The notes beneath the pieces were generated by a model. That model saw only the letters and a list, made by a program, of their open reading frames with translations, searched no databases and had not been told where the DNA came from. Both the position numbers and the translations under genes were made by a program. A DNA stretch of 64,000 bases from Lama glama (Eukaryota), in the NCBI GenBank assembly GCA_028534125.1, contig CM052816.1, positions 68,636,001 through 68,700,000 on the forward strand. The letters are read 5' to 3'. Shown here piece by piece: positions 47,108 through 59,122 of this stretch (position 1 is the stretch's first letter; each line of letters opens with the position of its first letter).

Positions 47108-48749
47108 CACGTTCTATCCAAAACAGATCTGAGGTAGCTTCCCTTTCTGCACTTTACACCAATTACAGCTGCCCATAATAGCAGGTGGTAACAGGAGCTC
47201 ATGGGCCCTAACGTTGACTTTCTTGGAAGGGAGGGGGATCATGGTTTCCTCAGCATGCTCCAAATGTGGTATCACCATTATGTCAAATCAAAGTCAGTAG
47301 ATTTAGAGTAAAATCTGGCAGCAAAAAATATTGGCAGTCAATACTAGATGGTTGTGGAATCCCACTTACTTATTCTTTCCCAGTAATTATCTCAAATACT
47401 GATGCCGTATGTCATCACCATAATGCTGACATCATTCTGCCCCTTAAGTATTACCCCTAGGGAGTGCTCCCTTTCCTGACCCTCAATCTGGACCGCTTTC
47501 TCAAGGAAAAATCGAATATTTAGTGAGTCTCACTTGCTAAACAGGCTCCAGCCTTCTTTTTTCTTCTAACATTTAATTGTTCATTCACTCATTTGGGCAT
47601 GTGTTTGTTTAATATCTGGTAGGTGCTGGGCATTCTGTTAGATTTCAAAGAGAAAAATAGGTAAATAAGTAAGTAAATACATAAATAGGACATAGTGCTT
47701 ATCCTGATCACTTGCCATTTCAGCTTCTGTTAACGTCTATTAAGCAAACTTGCTTCTGAACAAAGTTCACCTGGTTTGTTTCTCTGCTTTATGTAATTTT
47801 TCTCTTTTCTCCCAGAGAGAGGGAAGGAATCGCAAAAAATGAACACAGATTTGTCAGACTGGCATATCTTGGTCAGACTGGTCTGTTGCAAGGCCTTTTC
47901 TTTAAATGGCCAGTTTGGAACAAAAGCAGTGGCCTGGAGGAAATTGCTACTATTTGGCTATAGTTGGTTTTTATGCAGATGACTTTCAGCTTAATTTACC
48001 TTGTTTGGAATAGAGTATGGAAATATTCAGAGAACATTCCCTTCCATAGCTTTTAAGAAAAGTAAATTTTTCCTTTATATTCTCTTTGAATTGCATCCTT
48101 TTGGAAACTCATGGACATGTTATAAATCTTTATTAATTTCTTTCTTGTTTAGTCATTTTTGGCTGAGCTCTACCAAAGTTTCCTATGTGTTACTCAGCTT
48201 GGGAAGTTATTTTGATTCTTTTGGATAAGAAATCGAAGTTTAAATTGTTACTGTTTACCCTACTAAAAAAGAAGTTGGTAGAAAGTCACTGAACCCCCAC
48301 ATTTTGATTGAATCAGTTAATATGTAGCTTCAGTTTTATGGCAAGGAATTTGGAATGTTAATTGTCTGCTTCCTCCTAATTTAAGTGGCTTAATTCAGCA
48401 TTTGGGATGGAAATATATATATTCTGTGTAATAAACTAGTTAGGGATTATATAGATACTGTCTTGTTTCTTACATTCTTTCAAAAAAAAAGCATTCATTC
48501 AGATACTATGAACAGTGGTTACAAGTAACTTTCTTCTTTCCTTTTGTCCTCCTTTTCCTACTTACCTTATTTTTCATTTTCACTATTTCTCCTCCCTAAT
48601 TCCTCCTGTTCTCCTTTTCTTCAGCCTTCCTGCTTGTCTAGGTTTAAAGCCCAGATGGCTCAGACAGAGCTATTTTTTACTTAACTGAAATTAGTCTAAC
48701 ATTGGAATGACTTTGTAAACTGTAGGTTTTTCTTTAAAACATTAGAGAA

Positions 48750-48980
48750 ACAGCATAATCTAGTGATGGACTCTGGATCCAGACTGTCTAGGTTCACATT
48801 CCAGCTTCTCCATTTACTAGCTGTGTGACTTTGGGCAAGTTTCCTCTTTGTGACTCTGTTGCCTCATTTGTGTAATGATAAAAGTATCTACCTCATTTGG
48901 TTGTTGTGAGGCTTAAATGAATCAGTATGTAAAGGTTTAGAGTGGTGCCTTGCACTTAAGGTGCACAATATGTTTGTCAA
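48750..48980 (+). mobile_element. MIR
   Basis: ggactctggatccagactgtctaggttcacattccagct...tttactagctgtgtgactttgggcaagtt...gttgttgtgaggcttaaatga. Confidence 0.8.
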
Positions 48981-49659
48981 ATAAAATTAATCTTCTGTAA
49001 TCCTACCAACTATAACATAACAATTATCTTAGTAAAAATATCAACTTAGTTTTGTGTTAGGGGCAAAGACACAAACTTTAAAACATTTCCCATGAGTACT
49101 CATGGAATGTTTTTGAAGCTGCACTCAAGTCAGAACATCTTGAAATAGTAGTGTTTTTATCAGTCATTTGTGAAAAAATACATATATGATCTCCAGGTAG
49201 TGGCAATCCCAGCTATGGTGGAAATTGATCTGTATACTGTGGTACAGTGTAATTAAACAAATGGAAAAACTTACTTTATACAGTGGTTAAGTCCTGAATT
49301 TCAACATAATCAAGAAAATGAAGTTAGACGCATTCTGGTCACCTTCACTGTTTTTATTACCCAGGCCTTTGAAATTTTTGAGTGACCATGTAAAAAAAAT
49401 AGGCTTAATATTCCTAAAATTTTTGAGTGACCTTAATTGTACATCCTCATTTGTGTAAATTCTATTATTTGAATTCCTCTCTGCAGTTAAGCAGGCAGCA
49501 AAGAAAAAACAGTTGTATAATACCTCTCCATACCCCTCTCCCTCTTATCCTTGTTTTTTTAGGTGTTTATTTTGAGATATATTAACCTGATATTATTTTT
49601 TATGTTGTGTTTGAGACAATGTGTTAAGTTTTTAAAATATTTAACTTTGCAGTATCTTT

Positions 49660-50005
49660 CATTTATTTATTGAGTGATGATTATGTGCTTATTACAATGC
49701 TAAGAGCTATAAATATCACTGTGAAAAAGATAGGTATGCTATACTTACATATAAGACAATTACAGATATTTGTGAATACTATGAGAAAGTGAAAACAAGG
49801 TGAGAAAACAGTGAGATGTTAGGAGGTAGCAATCTCAAGAAAGGCTTCTCTGAGAAATTTAAATTGAGATTTAAGGAGGAAAGTAAGTTGATCATGGAGG
49901 AGCTGGAAATAGATGATTCCAGGCATAGGGAAGAGCAGGTGTGGAGGGCCAAAGGGGTAAAGGGCATCTTGTAACAGAAAAGAGGCCAGTATGGCTGGAA
50001 TGTAG
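49660..50005 (-). mobile_element. L2 fragment
   Basis: tttattgagtg...aaggcttctctgag...gattccaggcatagggaagagcaggtgtggagggcc...gaggccagtatggctgga. Confidence 0.6.
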
Positions 50006-50025
50006 TATGTATACTTGTTATTCTT

Positions 50026-50189
50026 TTTTTTTTTTAACTTTTTTTATTGAGTTATAGTCATTTTACAATGTTATGTCAAATTCCAGTGTAGAGCACAATT
50101 TTTCAGTTATACAGGAACATACATATATTCATTGTCACTTTTTTTTTTTTTGCTGTGAGCTACCACAAGATCTTGTATATATTTCCCTG
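50026..50189 (-). mobile_element. Young lineage-specific L1 3' end, about 165 bp
   Basis: Same family as 13201; 18-bp TSD tgtatacttg(t/g)tattctt at 50008-50025 and 50190-50207, followed by AA (TT/AAGA endonuclease site). Confidence 0.9.
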
Positions 50190-51699
50190 TGTATACTTGG
50201 TATTCTTAATAGTGAATTTTGTAACTTATTTCTAAATGTCAGAGTAGATAATAATAACAACTGACACTTTTTTTGTGCTTACTAGGTCCTGTGCAACTGT
50301 GGGATCTCTCAGCAACCTGCTCAGGGAGAATAGCTTAGTCATCTCTAGTCTGCTGATGACGGAACTGAGGCCTGGAGTAGTTGGGAAACTCCCAGCAGAA
50401 CCCAGCTAAGAAGTGTTAATGGTTAGGAATTGGGAAATGCATTTTTTAAGGATTATAACTTTTAGATACAGATTGACTGGTCCAGATTTGGGAAATGAAG
50501 AGGGTGAGGAATGAGGAATTCAGGGGGTTAATAGATGTAAAGCAGAGATTATTTTAGGTGGTCCAGATGTTTTGTAACTATCTTTATTCTATATGATGTA
50601 GCTTGACTCAATTTCTCCTTACCATATTTTGAGCTTATGTCTTCTGTCCACAGGAAGCACTTAAATTTTTCGTTAAGTCAAGCTCCTAATAACTACTAAG
50701 AGTTTGCTAGGAGGTTATATCACACTGGAAGATGTAACTGATTTGCCGTATTCAGTAACATACCTACAAACTTTTTTCTTCAAATAGCACTGTTTTAGGC
50801 ATTTCTACACAGGAAAGGAAGACCTTTGTCCTTCACTGCATTTCATGTGAGTCATGTGTATAGAGTTCAGAGTCACCTTTGGTAATTCATTCCAGCAGAT
50901 ATAGTTAGAACCTCGTGGTTTAGTTCTCAGTTGTCACTACTTGGAAATGTTTCCTGGGTCTTTTTTCAGGGTGGGGTGCCCAGGAAAATGACATATAGGA
51001 AATGTGTAGCGGATGAACTCTTGAGTTAATTGGCAGCTTGTTAAGCCGGGTTCTGGCTTGCCTTTCGGTTCATTTACGTCAGCAGGAAGAGATGGGTTGG
51101 CTGCTTAGGTGCTTGAGAGGTAAATGAGAAGAGAAGAAAACCATTCTTTATTGAATGCATAAGTGAACCTTTGGTAAATGTTTTATGTAAACTCATGTAA
51201 TCATCACAGAACTCTGAGGTATTAGTCTTGTTGTATGCCCTAGCACTGGGGTTAAAAAAATGGGTGAAAAAATAAACCTATGGGTCTCAAATAGCTTCTT
51301 GCTTACTGTGGAAGACAGACCTATAACAATGACAATATTGTATAGTAAGCTGAGTGCCTGATAGGTTGTAGCACTTAGGTTACTAAGAGTGAGTGTGATA
51401 GGGTCTCCATCCCCGAGAGGTACACAGAACCCTGTAAGGGGAGAGGAGTAGGTATTTTAATTAAGTCTGTCTATGTTTCAAAACAATTTCTCCTGAGATC
51501 TTTGCTTTTACTTTCCAGCAGAGATACTGTAAACCTTTAGGAACATTACTTTTGGCTAGTGCTAAGTTCTGGAAATAATTCCTGTAGATAGTTCAGAATC
51601 CATCTATATTACTGGGTAGAAACACTAATATGGGTGCTTAGAAAGTGGGTGGCACATGGTAGGCATTCATATATTTGTTACATTAGTGAATAGGAAATG

Positions 51700-51915
51700 T
51701 ATTTGAGTCAGCCACTCTTCCGGGGTTTGAATTCTAGCTCCATCTATTACAAACTGTATGACATTTTGGGCAGATTGTTTCAACTCTCTATGAGTTTTGT
51801 CATCTAATGAGGGAAAAGATGATGATGATAGTGCCTTCCTCATAGGGCTGTGAAATTAGATGAGATAATGTATGAGACAATGTATATGATGTGTTTAGCA
51901 TAGTCCTGGCCTGTG
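51700..51915 (+). mobile_element. MIR
   Basis: gggtttgaattctagctcc...ctgtatgacattttgggcag...cctcatagggctgtgaaattagatgagataatgtatg. Confidence 0.7.
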
Positions 51916-53161
51916 CTGTTGTCATTATCACTATTAAGTTAATAAACCACTTTGGTACACTGACCCATCTGTTATTTAAATTTGACATCACGTGTTGGTG
52001 ACTTTTCTTTTGGAACATTAGTGTAGTTCTAGCTTCAGTTTAAACAGCATCTAAACTGGAAACTGGTTCATATTTCAGTTTTTAGTGCCTTAATCACCAT
52101 GGCAGTTGTTTCGATTGCCTCTAACCCTGTTTCTTTCTAGAATCAGATACCTTTCTCAGGTATTCTCATTTTACTTCTAGGTGAGCAGTATTTCCACAGC
52201 TCATAGGTATGGTACCGAAATGAATGTTTGTGGTTGGAGAGAGAAGAGCAAACTAGAAATAGGAATAAACAAAGATGTGTGTGAGGTGAGAATGGCACGG
52301 ATAGTCATAACTTCTGTTAGTAATCAAATTCTAAAACATGAAGATTTTATTTCCTGAATATAAACTAGTCAAAAGCTAATGCAGTACAGGTTGAAGGAGC
52401 TAAATATAACCAGTTTGCGTCATACCTTCTCTTGATCAATAAGAATTTGTTCTTTTTTCTTTACATAGAGTTTAAGAAATAAATGTAAATAGTGATCACA
52501 CCCATCTGCAGTGTTCTGAGATAGTCCTAATCTTAGATGATAGTTTTATTCATAGAGGCAGTTTGTTAAATGTATAAATAAATATAATTAACATTAATAC
52601 TTTTATAATATTTTTATACTTTATAATATTTTTCTTAAAAAAACATTTGAAAAAACACACTTTTTCAAATGACATCTCAATTTGATTTGGAAAATATACA
52701 TAGCATCGTTATGCAGTGTAGCAGAAGCAAGTGACATTTACTGTATTTTACTTTTTTTCCAATAGCGTGGATAAGAGAAAGGAATTTTGAATATACTCCT
52801 TCCCAGATATTGCCTCTGTCTGACCCAGTGGCCCATTTGTGATATTATCAAAACTTGTTAGGCAGGTTATGGGCAATACTCAACTTCATAGTCAGTGTTG
52901 GATAGCTGTATTAATACTAAATTTATGTACCACAATATGAGTGAGATTCCAAGTTCTGCCATTGAATATTGTTTAACTGCTATAGCAAATAAGTAAATTA
53001 CCTTTTATGAAGATAAGTTTTTGCATAGACTTTCCCCCTTGCCTAGGATTTGACATAGTGGATGATTTTTCAGTGAGTAACAATTTTGTTTAACTTTATT
53101 TAAAGGGTTCAAAGTATGATCTAGTAGTGAAAACAGTTGGCTTGAAAGTCAAATTCTAGTC

Positions 53162-53919
53162 TTTTTTTTTGAGTTGAAGTACTACTGATTCACAATGTTG
53201 AGTTAGTTTCTGGTGTACAGTGTAGTGATTCAGTTATACATATATATTTTCTTTTTTTCATACTCTATAGGTTATTATGGGTTATTATAAGATATTGAAT
53301 ATAGTGCCCTGTGCTATACAGTAGGAGCTTGTTGTTTATTTTATATATGGTAGTTTGTATCTGCAAATCCCAAACTCCTAATTTATCCTTCTTCCCTCCC
53401 CTCTCCCCCTCCTGGTAACCATAAGTTTGTTTTCTGTGTCTGTGAGTTTGTTTCTGTTTTATAAATAAATTCATTTGTGTCATTTTTTTAGATTCCATGT
53501 ATAAGTGATGGTATTTGTCTTCTCTTTTTCTGGCTTGCTTCACTTAGTATGGTAATCTCATGGTCCATCCATGTTGCTGCAAATGACATTATTTCATTCT
53601 TTTTTATGGCTGAGTAGTATTCCATTATGTATATATACCCCACAACTTCTTTATCCAGTTATCTGTCAATGGACATTTAGCTTGCTTCCAAGTCTTGGCT
53701 GTTGTAAATAGTACTGCTATGAACATTGGGGTGCATGTATCTTTTTGAGTTATAGTTTTATCCAGATATATGCCCAGAAGTGGGATTGCTGGATCATGTG
53801 GTAACTCTGTTTTCAGTTTGTTGAGGAACATCCATATTGTTCTCCATAGTGGCTGCACCAAATTACATTCCCACCAACAGTGTAGGAGGGTTCCCTTTTC
53901 TCCATACCCTCTCCAGCAT
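53162..53919 (-). mobile_element. L1 3' end (ORF2 C-terminus and 3' UTR)
   Basis: Encodes [31 protein letters not shown]...TCTPMFIAVLFTTAKTWKQ; degenerate TSD tcaaattctagt / tcaaactctagt. Confidence 0.92.
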
Positions 53920-54589
53920 CAAACTCTAGTTTTGCTTCTGCTACTCTCTCTGATCACATGAACATCATCACATAGGCTGCTTCATTTACTCATATATAGA
54001 TTAATGAGAATAATGTCTTCCTTGCCTGTCTCTTGGGATCATAGTGGTAAGCAAACCTTGATTATTAAGGAGAGTCAATTACTGCAGAATATATTGCAGC
54101 AGTTGATATCAGTGGACTCAGGGTAAGAAGACAAAGAGCCCATGGTATATAGGGGCTATTTTGCGCAACTGCAGCAGACCTGTAGGAGATCAGTTATAAA
54201 TCTAGCCTGGCCATGGAAGCTGTGAGTGTTGCTATCAGCAGAAAATAGGAAACAGCTGAAGACTAACTGAAGTATTCAGGAAGTAGTATTCAGGAAGTAT
54301 TCAGGAAAAATAGACCCTGATACAAAGTAATGTAGGCCCCCTTCTTGAGTCTCTTCTTTTGCTACCCATAGATACATGACTTTACAGTGACCAAGTGTCT
54401 CATGAAATCTTGCAACTAGTTGGTTATTCCTGTGTCACTCATACTGTGAGAAATGGTGACACATGCTACCTTGAGAAACCAAAGCAAAATACAGTTTGGT
54501 CAGACTCACTGAAATTTCAGTGCAGGGAGATTTTTAGTTTTAAAAAAATAAAGATTAATGGTCACCTACCATGTAATTAAAACAACAAC

Positions 54590-54857
54590 ACCCTTGTGGT
54601 TGCCAGGAGGAAGAGGGGTCGGAAGGGACAGACTGGGAGATTTGTAGATACTGACAGGTATATATAGAATAGATAAACAAGTGTATACTGTATAGCACAG
54701 GGAAATATATACAAGATCTTATAGTAGCTCACAGTGAAAAAGAATATGAAAAGAAATATATGTATATTCATGTATGACTGAAAAATTGTGCTGTACACCA
54801 GAAATTGACACAACATTGTAAACTGACTATAGTTCAATTTTAAAAAAAAGGAAAATA
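54590..54857 (+). mobile_element. Lineage-specific L1 3' end
   Basis: cttgtggttgccagg...gtatagcacagggaaatatatacaagatctt...gacacaacattgtaaactgactatagttcaat followed by an A tail. Confidence 0.85.
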
Positions 54858-56424
54858 AACTACGATTCTAACCTAGTCTGCTTAATATCAGGAGATTGTC
54901 ATCTGTATCAACAGCAGTTTGTCTTCAGTGAAGACTGTCATTCTTTTGCCAAAGATCTGAAATGCCAGGGGAATCTTCTAAAGTTGTAATCTACCTGTGC
55001 TATTTTCTGTTCTGGTGACTTGCAGAAAAATAAATATGAGAGTTTTTTTTTGAAATAAAGTAATTACATTATCTAAGATTATGTTTCTGTTTTCCTCAGT
55101 ACTTGTCTGGCAGTTAATTAGCCAGTAATGTTTGGAATGGTGAGATCTTAATGTTAACTGTGTAGCTATAGCTGGCAGAGTGATTTATTATTATGTAGGG
55201 CATTGGGATATAGCTATCATTGAACAGTTAAGAAATTTCATCTACCCTATAGCCCTGGAAACCCACCATCAATTGGAAATATATACACCAGAATTAAAAT
55301 ATCATGACCAAAGTTGTAAGAAAATCTTAACAAAACTGAGTCCTACTTAAGACACATAGTTTTTGCTTGCTAATAATTTAATAATTTAAAGCTTACATTT
55401 AAAAGCATTGAGCTACTTAGTAGTTGTGACTGAAATTTTAAACTCATGAGCTTCTGTAGCACAAAGGCCCTAATGTAAGCTTTGTTTAAATTAATTTCTT
55501 CTGATAAAAAAGAGAGGCAAAGAGGGGAATGAGGAAAAGGAAAATTTTAAAAGTTATAGAAGTAAATATTGCTATAGTCTGTTTTTACCTTCCAAGAAGA
55601 ATTCAGGAGAGGATGAAGCTTCTTTGAGAGGATTAATCATGAAGACAGGCTACACAAGGCCTGAGATTGCTGTCCAGTAAAGAGATTGTAGTGGGGATTC
55701 TGATTTCAGTTGATTAATCTAAGGGTCACATTTATAGTAATTTAAATTTCCTGAAGTAAGGAATTTATCCTTTAGGTTGGTCTACTATAATTCAACTTAT
55801 ATTTAGAACTAACTAGGAAAAAAGGCCAAATCGCTGGAAAGATTTTATGTTAGTTACCCTTACTTCATGTCCTCAGACTTTTCATGATTAAGAGTAAAAT
55901 ACTGAGATTGGGAGACAGCATAACTTGGTTGAATGTTTTTTAAGTTAAAAGCGGAGGAGTTTGAAATTTTGAACTGTCAGATATGTTAGGTAGAATTGTG
56001 GCAGATTATAGCTCACATAGAGGCTAGCTATAGCCATGTTTTAGTGCATTTTCTGAATATAATTCAGGAGAAGGTGTTTATGTTAAAGGAGATAAAGACA
56101 TATTAATGCTATACATATTAATGCTTATTATAATAAAGAGTGTAAATGGGTACTTTTTGAGTGAATGGGTACTTTTTAAAGTGGCCTTGCATTGTATATA
56201 TGCAGACTATAATTACTCCAAATAAAAGGGAAATGGACTGTTGTATTATTTTAAAGTGGTTTAAATGTAAGGTGAGTTTTACCTTGCAATTTCAACAGAA
56301 CCTTATTAGAATATTTTGTATTTTATCAAGATATGAAATAAGTTTCCATTTATTTTTACTAATGTCTTAAAGTTTCACAGAATTCTTTTATATTCATGAG
56401 ATTCATAAAAGTTAGAGAGTATGG

Positions 56425-56572
56425 GGAGGGAGAGGGTGTAGCTCAAGTGGTAGAGCACATGCTTAGCATGCACGAGGTCCTGGGTTCAATCCCCTGCACC
56501 TCCTCTAAAAATAAATAAGTAAACCTAATTACCTCCTCCCACCAAAAAAAAAAAAAAAAGAAAAGAAAAAAA
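56425..56572 (+). mobile_element. Camelid tRNA-Ala-derived SINE (Vic-1-like, long form), young
   Basis: gggtgtagctcaagtggtagagcacatgcttagcatgcacgaggtcctgggttcaatcccc; long A tail; perfect 13-bp TSD ttagagagtatgg at 56412-56424 and 56573-56585. Confidence 0.93.
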
Positions 56573-56759
56573 TTAGAGAGTATGGACACTGGAAACACAC
56601 AGGTCTGAGTTTGAATACTAATACTAGTTTTATCACCTACCATTAGGATAAATCCCCCAAGTTCACAGTTTCAGTTTCTTTATCTGAAAAGAACTGGGTC
56701 TTCATATGTCTGTTCTCCTTGGCTGTAGCCCAGTGTCTGCTACATAGTAGGTACTTAAT

Positions 56760-57835
56760 TTATTCCACAAATATTAGTTCCTCACATATTGTGTGCTAGG
56801 CTTTGTCTTAGGCAGTGGAGATGCATATAATCACACAAATAAATATAAAAATGAACCAATAAGGGCTATGAAGGAGAGATATGGGCGCTATGAGAATTTA
56901 TAAAAAGGGTTTTGAATGAGGAGAGTGGGGTCACTTTTTAGAATGATGACTGGCTGCAGAGTAGAATAATAGATCAGAGCTAGACAGGAATGGATTTAGG
57001 GAGATCAGTTAGGAGGCTGTTCAAATGGTCCAAATGAGATAATGATAGTGAGAATAAAGAGGTGGAGGTGGAGAGGGAGAAAAGTTGAATGGATTTGAGA
57101 GGTATCTGGGAGGTAAAATGGACAGGTTTTGGTGATATATTGAAAGTGGGGAGTTGGAGAGAGAGAAGTATCAAAGATAGTTCTTGAAGTTCTGGCTTGT
57201 ATAAGTGGATTGATGTTGGTTTCTGCCAATAACTGAGGTGGGGAGCACCGGGAGAGAACCCAATTTGAGTAGGGAGGGGGATGGAGAGGATATAGTGATT
57301 TTGGTTTTGAGCATGTTATGTTTAAGGTGCCTTTGAAATTTGCTAAATGAACTATCAAGTCCTTGTTGGGATAAATAGGTCTAAAACTCAGAGGAACTGT
57401 TTGACTTTTGGGAGTCATTGGCATATTCATGATAATTTAAGTCATGAGAATTGATGAAATCTCAGAAAGAAGTTATAAAGTGAAAAGGAAAGGTTTAGGA
57501 CTGAGCCATGAGAAGCACCAACATTTCAGATTGGTTGGTGGAAATGAAAAACACCAAGACTGAGAGCAAGGGAATGCTTTAAAAACCAGGAGAATGTTTC
57601 TGGAAAGCCAAGTGAAGAGAATGCGTCTAGGAGAGAGTGGTGACAGTGTCTCCATTCTCCTGAAAGTTAAGTAAAATTACAGCTGGAAAGTGTCCATTGG
57701 GTTTAGTAACACAAAGGTCATTGATAACCTTATGTAAAGCCATTACTGAATTAGGGTGGCCTGAAAAGTGGGTTGTTGAGGAATAAAGTAGAAATCTGTG
57801 GGTACTGATACTTCTTTTAAAAAGTTGAACTGAGA
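56760..57835 (-). mobile_element. L2 fragment (about 1 kb)
   Basis: ggagatcagttaggaggctgttcaaatggtcca...ttttggttttgagcatgttatgtttaaggtgcct...ggtcattgataacctt. Confidence 0.8.
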
Positions 57836-58039
57836 AGGAAGAATGTAGAAGTTGATAGTCTGGGATAGTAAATTGTCATGGTTTCCTGTGATATGCTGGA
57901 TGGGGAAGAATGATCTTGCCAGACAGAGGAATCATTTTTAGGTCAATGGTACAGGAATAATTGAACTCTTCTTACAGAACCTTCTTCGTTGAGAACAATG
58001 GATTATTTCATACCCTGGTTTTTCAAAGTAACTGTTACT

Positions 58040-58265
58040 AAGTATGGTGGAGTTTGGGATATGGAGCCTGGTAGACTTGATTTCAAAAGTCTGCTTTGCT
58101 ATATATTTTTGCTTCAGGTCACATAGATGGTTATTTAGTCTTGTTGAGCTTCAGTTTCTTCACTGGCATAATGGAGAGAACACCATCTACTTCACAATAT
58201 TGTTAGATATAAATGAGAATCTATGTAAATAAAGTACCTGGTACTTGAGTAGGCACTCAACAAAC
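58040..58265 (+). mobile_element. MIR
   Basis: gagcttcagtttcttcactggcataatggag...gtacctggtacttgagtaggcactcaacaaa. Confidence 0.6.
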
Positions 58266-59083
58266 TAATGTCTGCCTGTCTTTTTTTCTTGTTTCTCATG
58301 GTAGCTGCTATTTATTGTATAGTTTCAACATTGTGTGTTTGCCCTTAGTCTTAAAGGAATAATTTGTGGGAGTCCTTCCTTCTTTAGCTTATCTTCTGTA
58401 TAAAATAACTTGAGTGGTACATATATAGATTTTTGGGAAAATGGATATATGATTTGCTACAGCAATGATCATAACTATTAAAAAAAGAATTTTACCAAAC
58501 TTTTTGGCTTGTGTACCTTCAAAAAAGAATGTGTGTGTGTTTTAAACAAAGCTTACTAATTTAGATATGCCACTTTGGTGACTTCCTGCCAAAGTAAGAT
58601 TTTTTATGTTTTTCTTCTGAGACACACCTTAGTATAGCTTTATTTTAGTTTCTGGAACCTTGCCATTTGGCATAATTTTGGACTAGACATGATGGATCCA
58701 TATAAATACTTTTAAGATTTAAAATAAACAACACAATTTTTTTTTTTTAACTGGTGGGAGCGTGTGAACTCTTAAAAGCAGCTGAGATCTCAAGTCTGGA
58801 CTTTATTTGGTTGTTTACATTTTTTATTTGTAATTTTGATTCTTGAATTATTTCTTATGCATATTTTGTAACAAAATGGTGAAATTATCAGTCTGATTTA
58901 TTTTCTACAAGTTCAGTTCCTAAAGCAGTCTCCTTAAAGGGTTTAAACTCTACCTCCCAGTCACCACCTTACATATCCATAGAGAAGCATTTGTTTATAT
59001 GCCTTTCTAGATGATGACTACTGTAGAAATTCTATAAGGGCATTAGAGTTTGCCAGCTTTATTCAAGAATCAATATAATAGAG

Positions 59084-59122
59084 GCGTTGGTGGTATAGTG
59101 GTGAGCGTAGCTGCCTTCCAAG
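59084..59122 (+). pseudogene. Tailless retropseudogene of the 5' half of tRNA-Gly(TCC)
   Basis: GCGTTGGTGGTATAGTGGTGAGCGTAGCTGCCTTCCAAG matches nt 1-39 of mammalian tRNA-Gly-TCC with one mismatch (as recalled); perfect 18-bp TSD caagaatcaatataatag at 59064-59081 and 59119-59136; no poly(A). Confidence 0.9.

Noticed and set aside
53265..53961. ORFs with protein-like sequence (also 37962-38174)
   Set aside because: L1 ORF2 C-terminus and 3' UTR remnants
54269..54308. Short tandem units gaagtattcag (also the 21-bp duplication near 56138-56177)
   Set aside because: Ordinary slippage duplications with no further structure
56434..56503. tRNA-Ala(AGC) gene
   Set aside because: tRNA-like head of a SINE with an extended body, A tail and TSD
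57005..57430. 141-aa minus-strand ORF
   Set aside because: Lies wholly within a decayed L2 element
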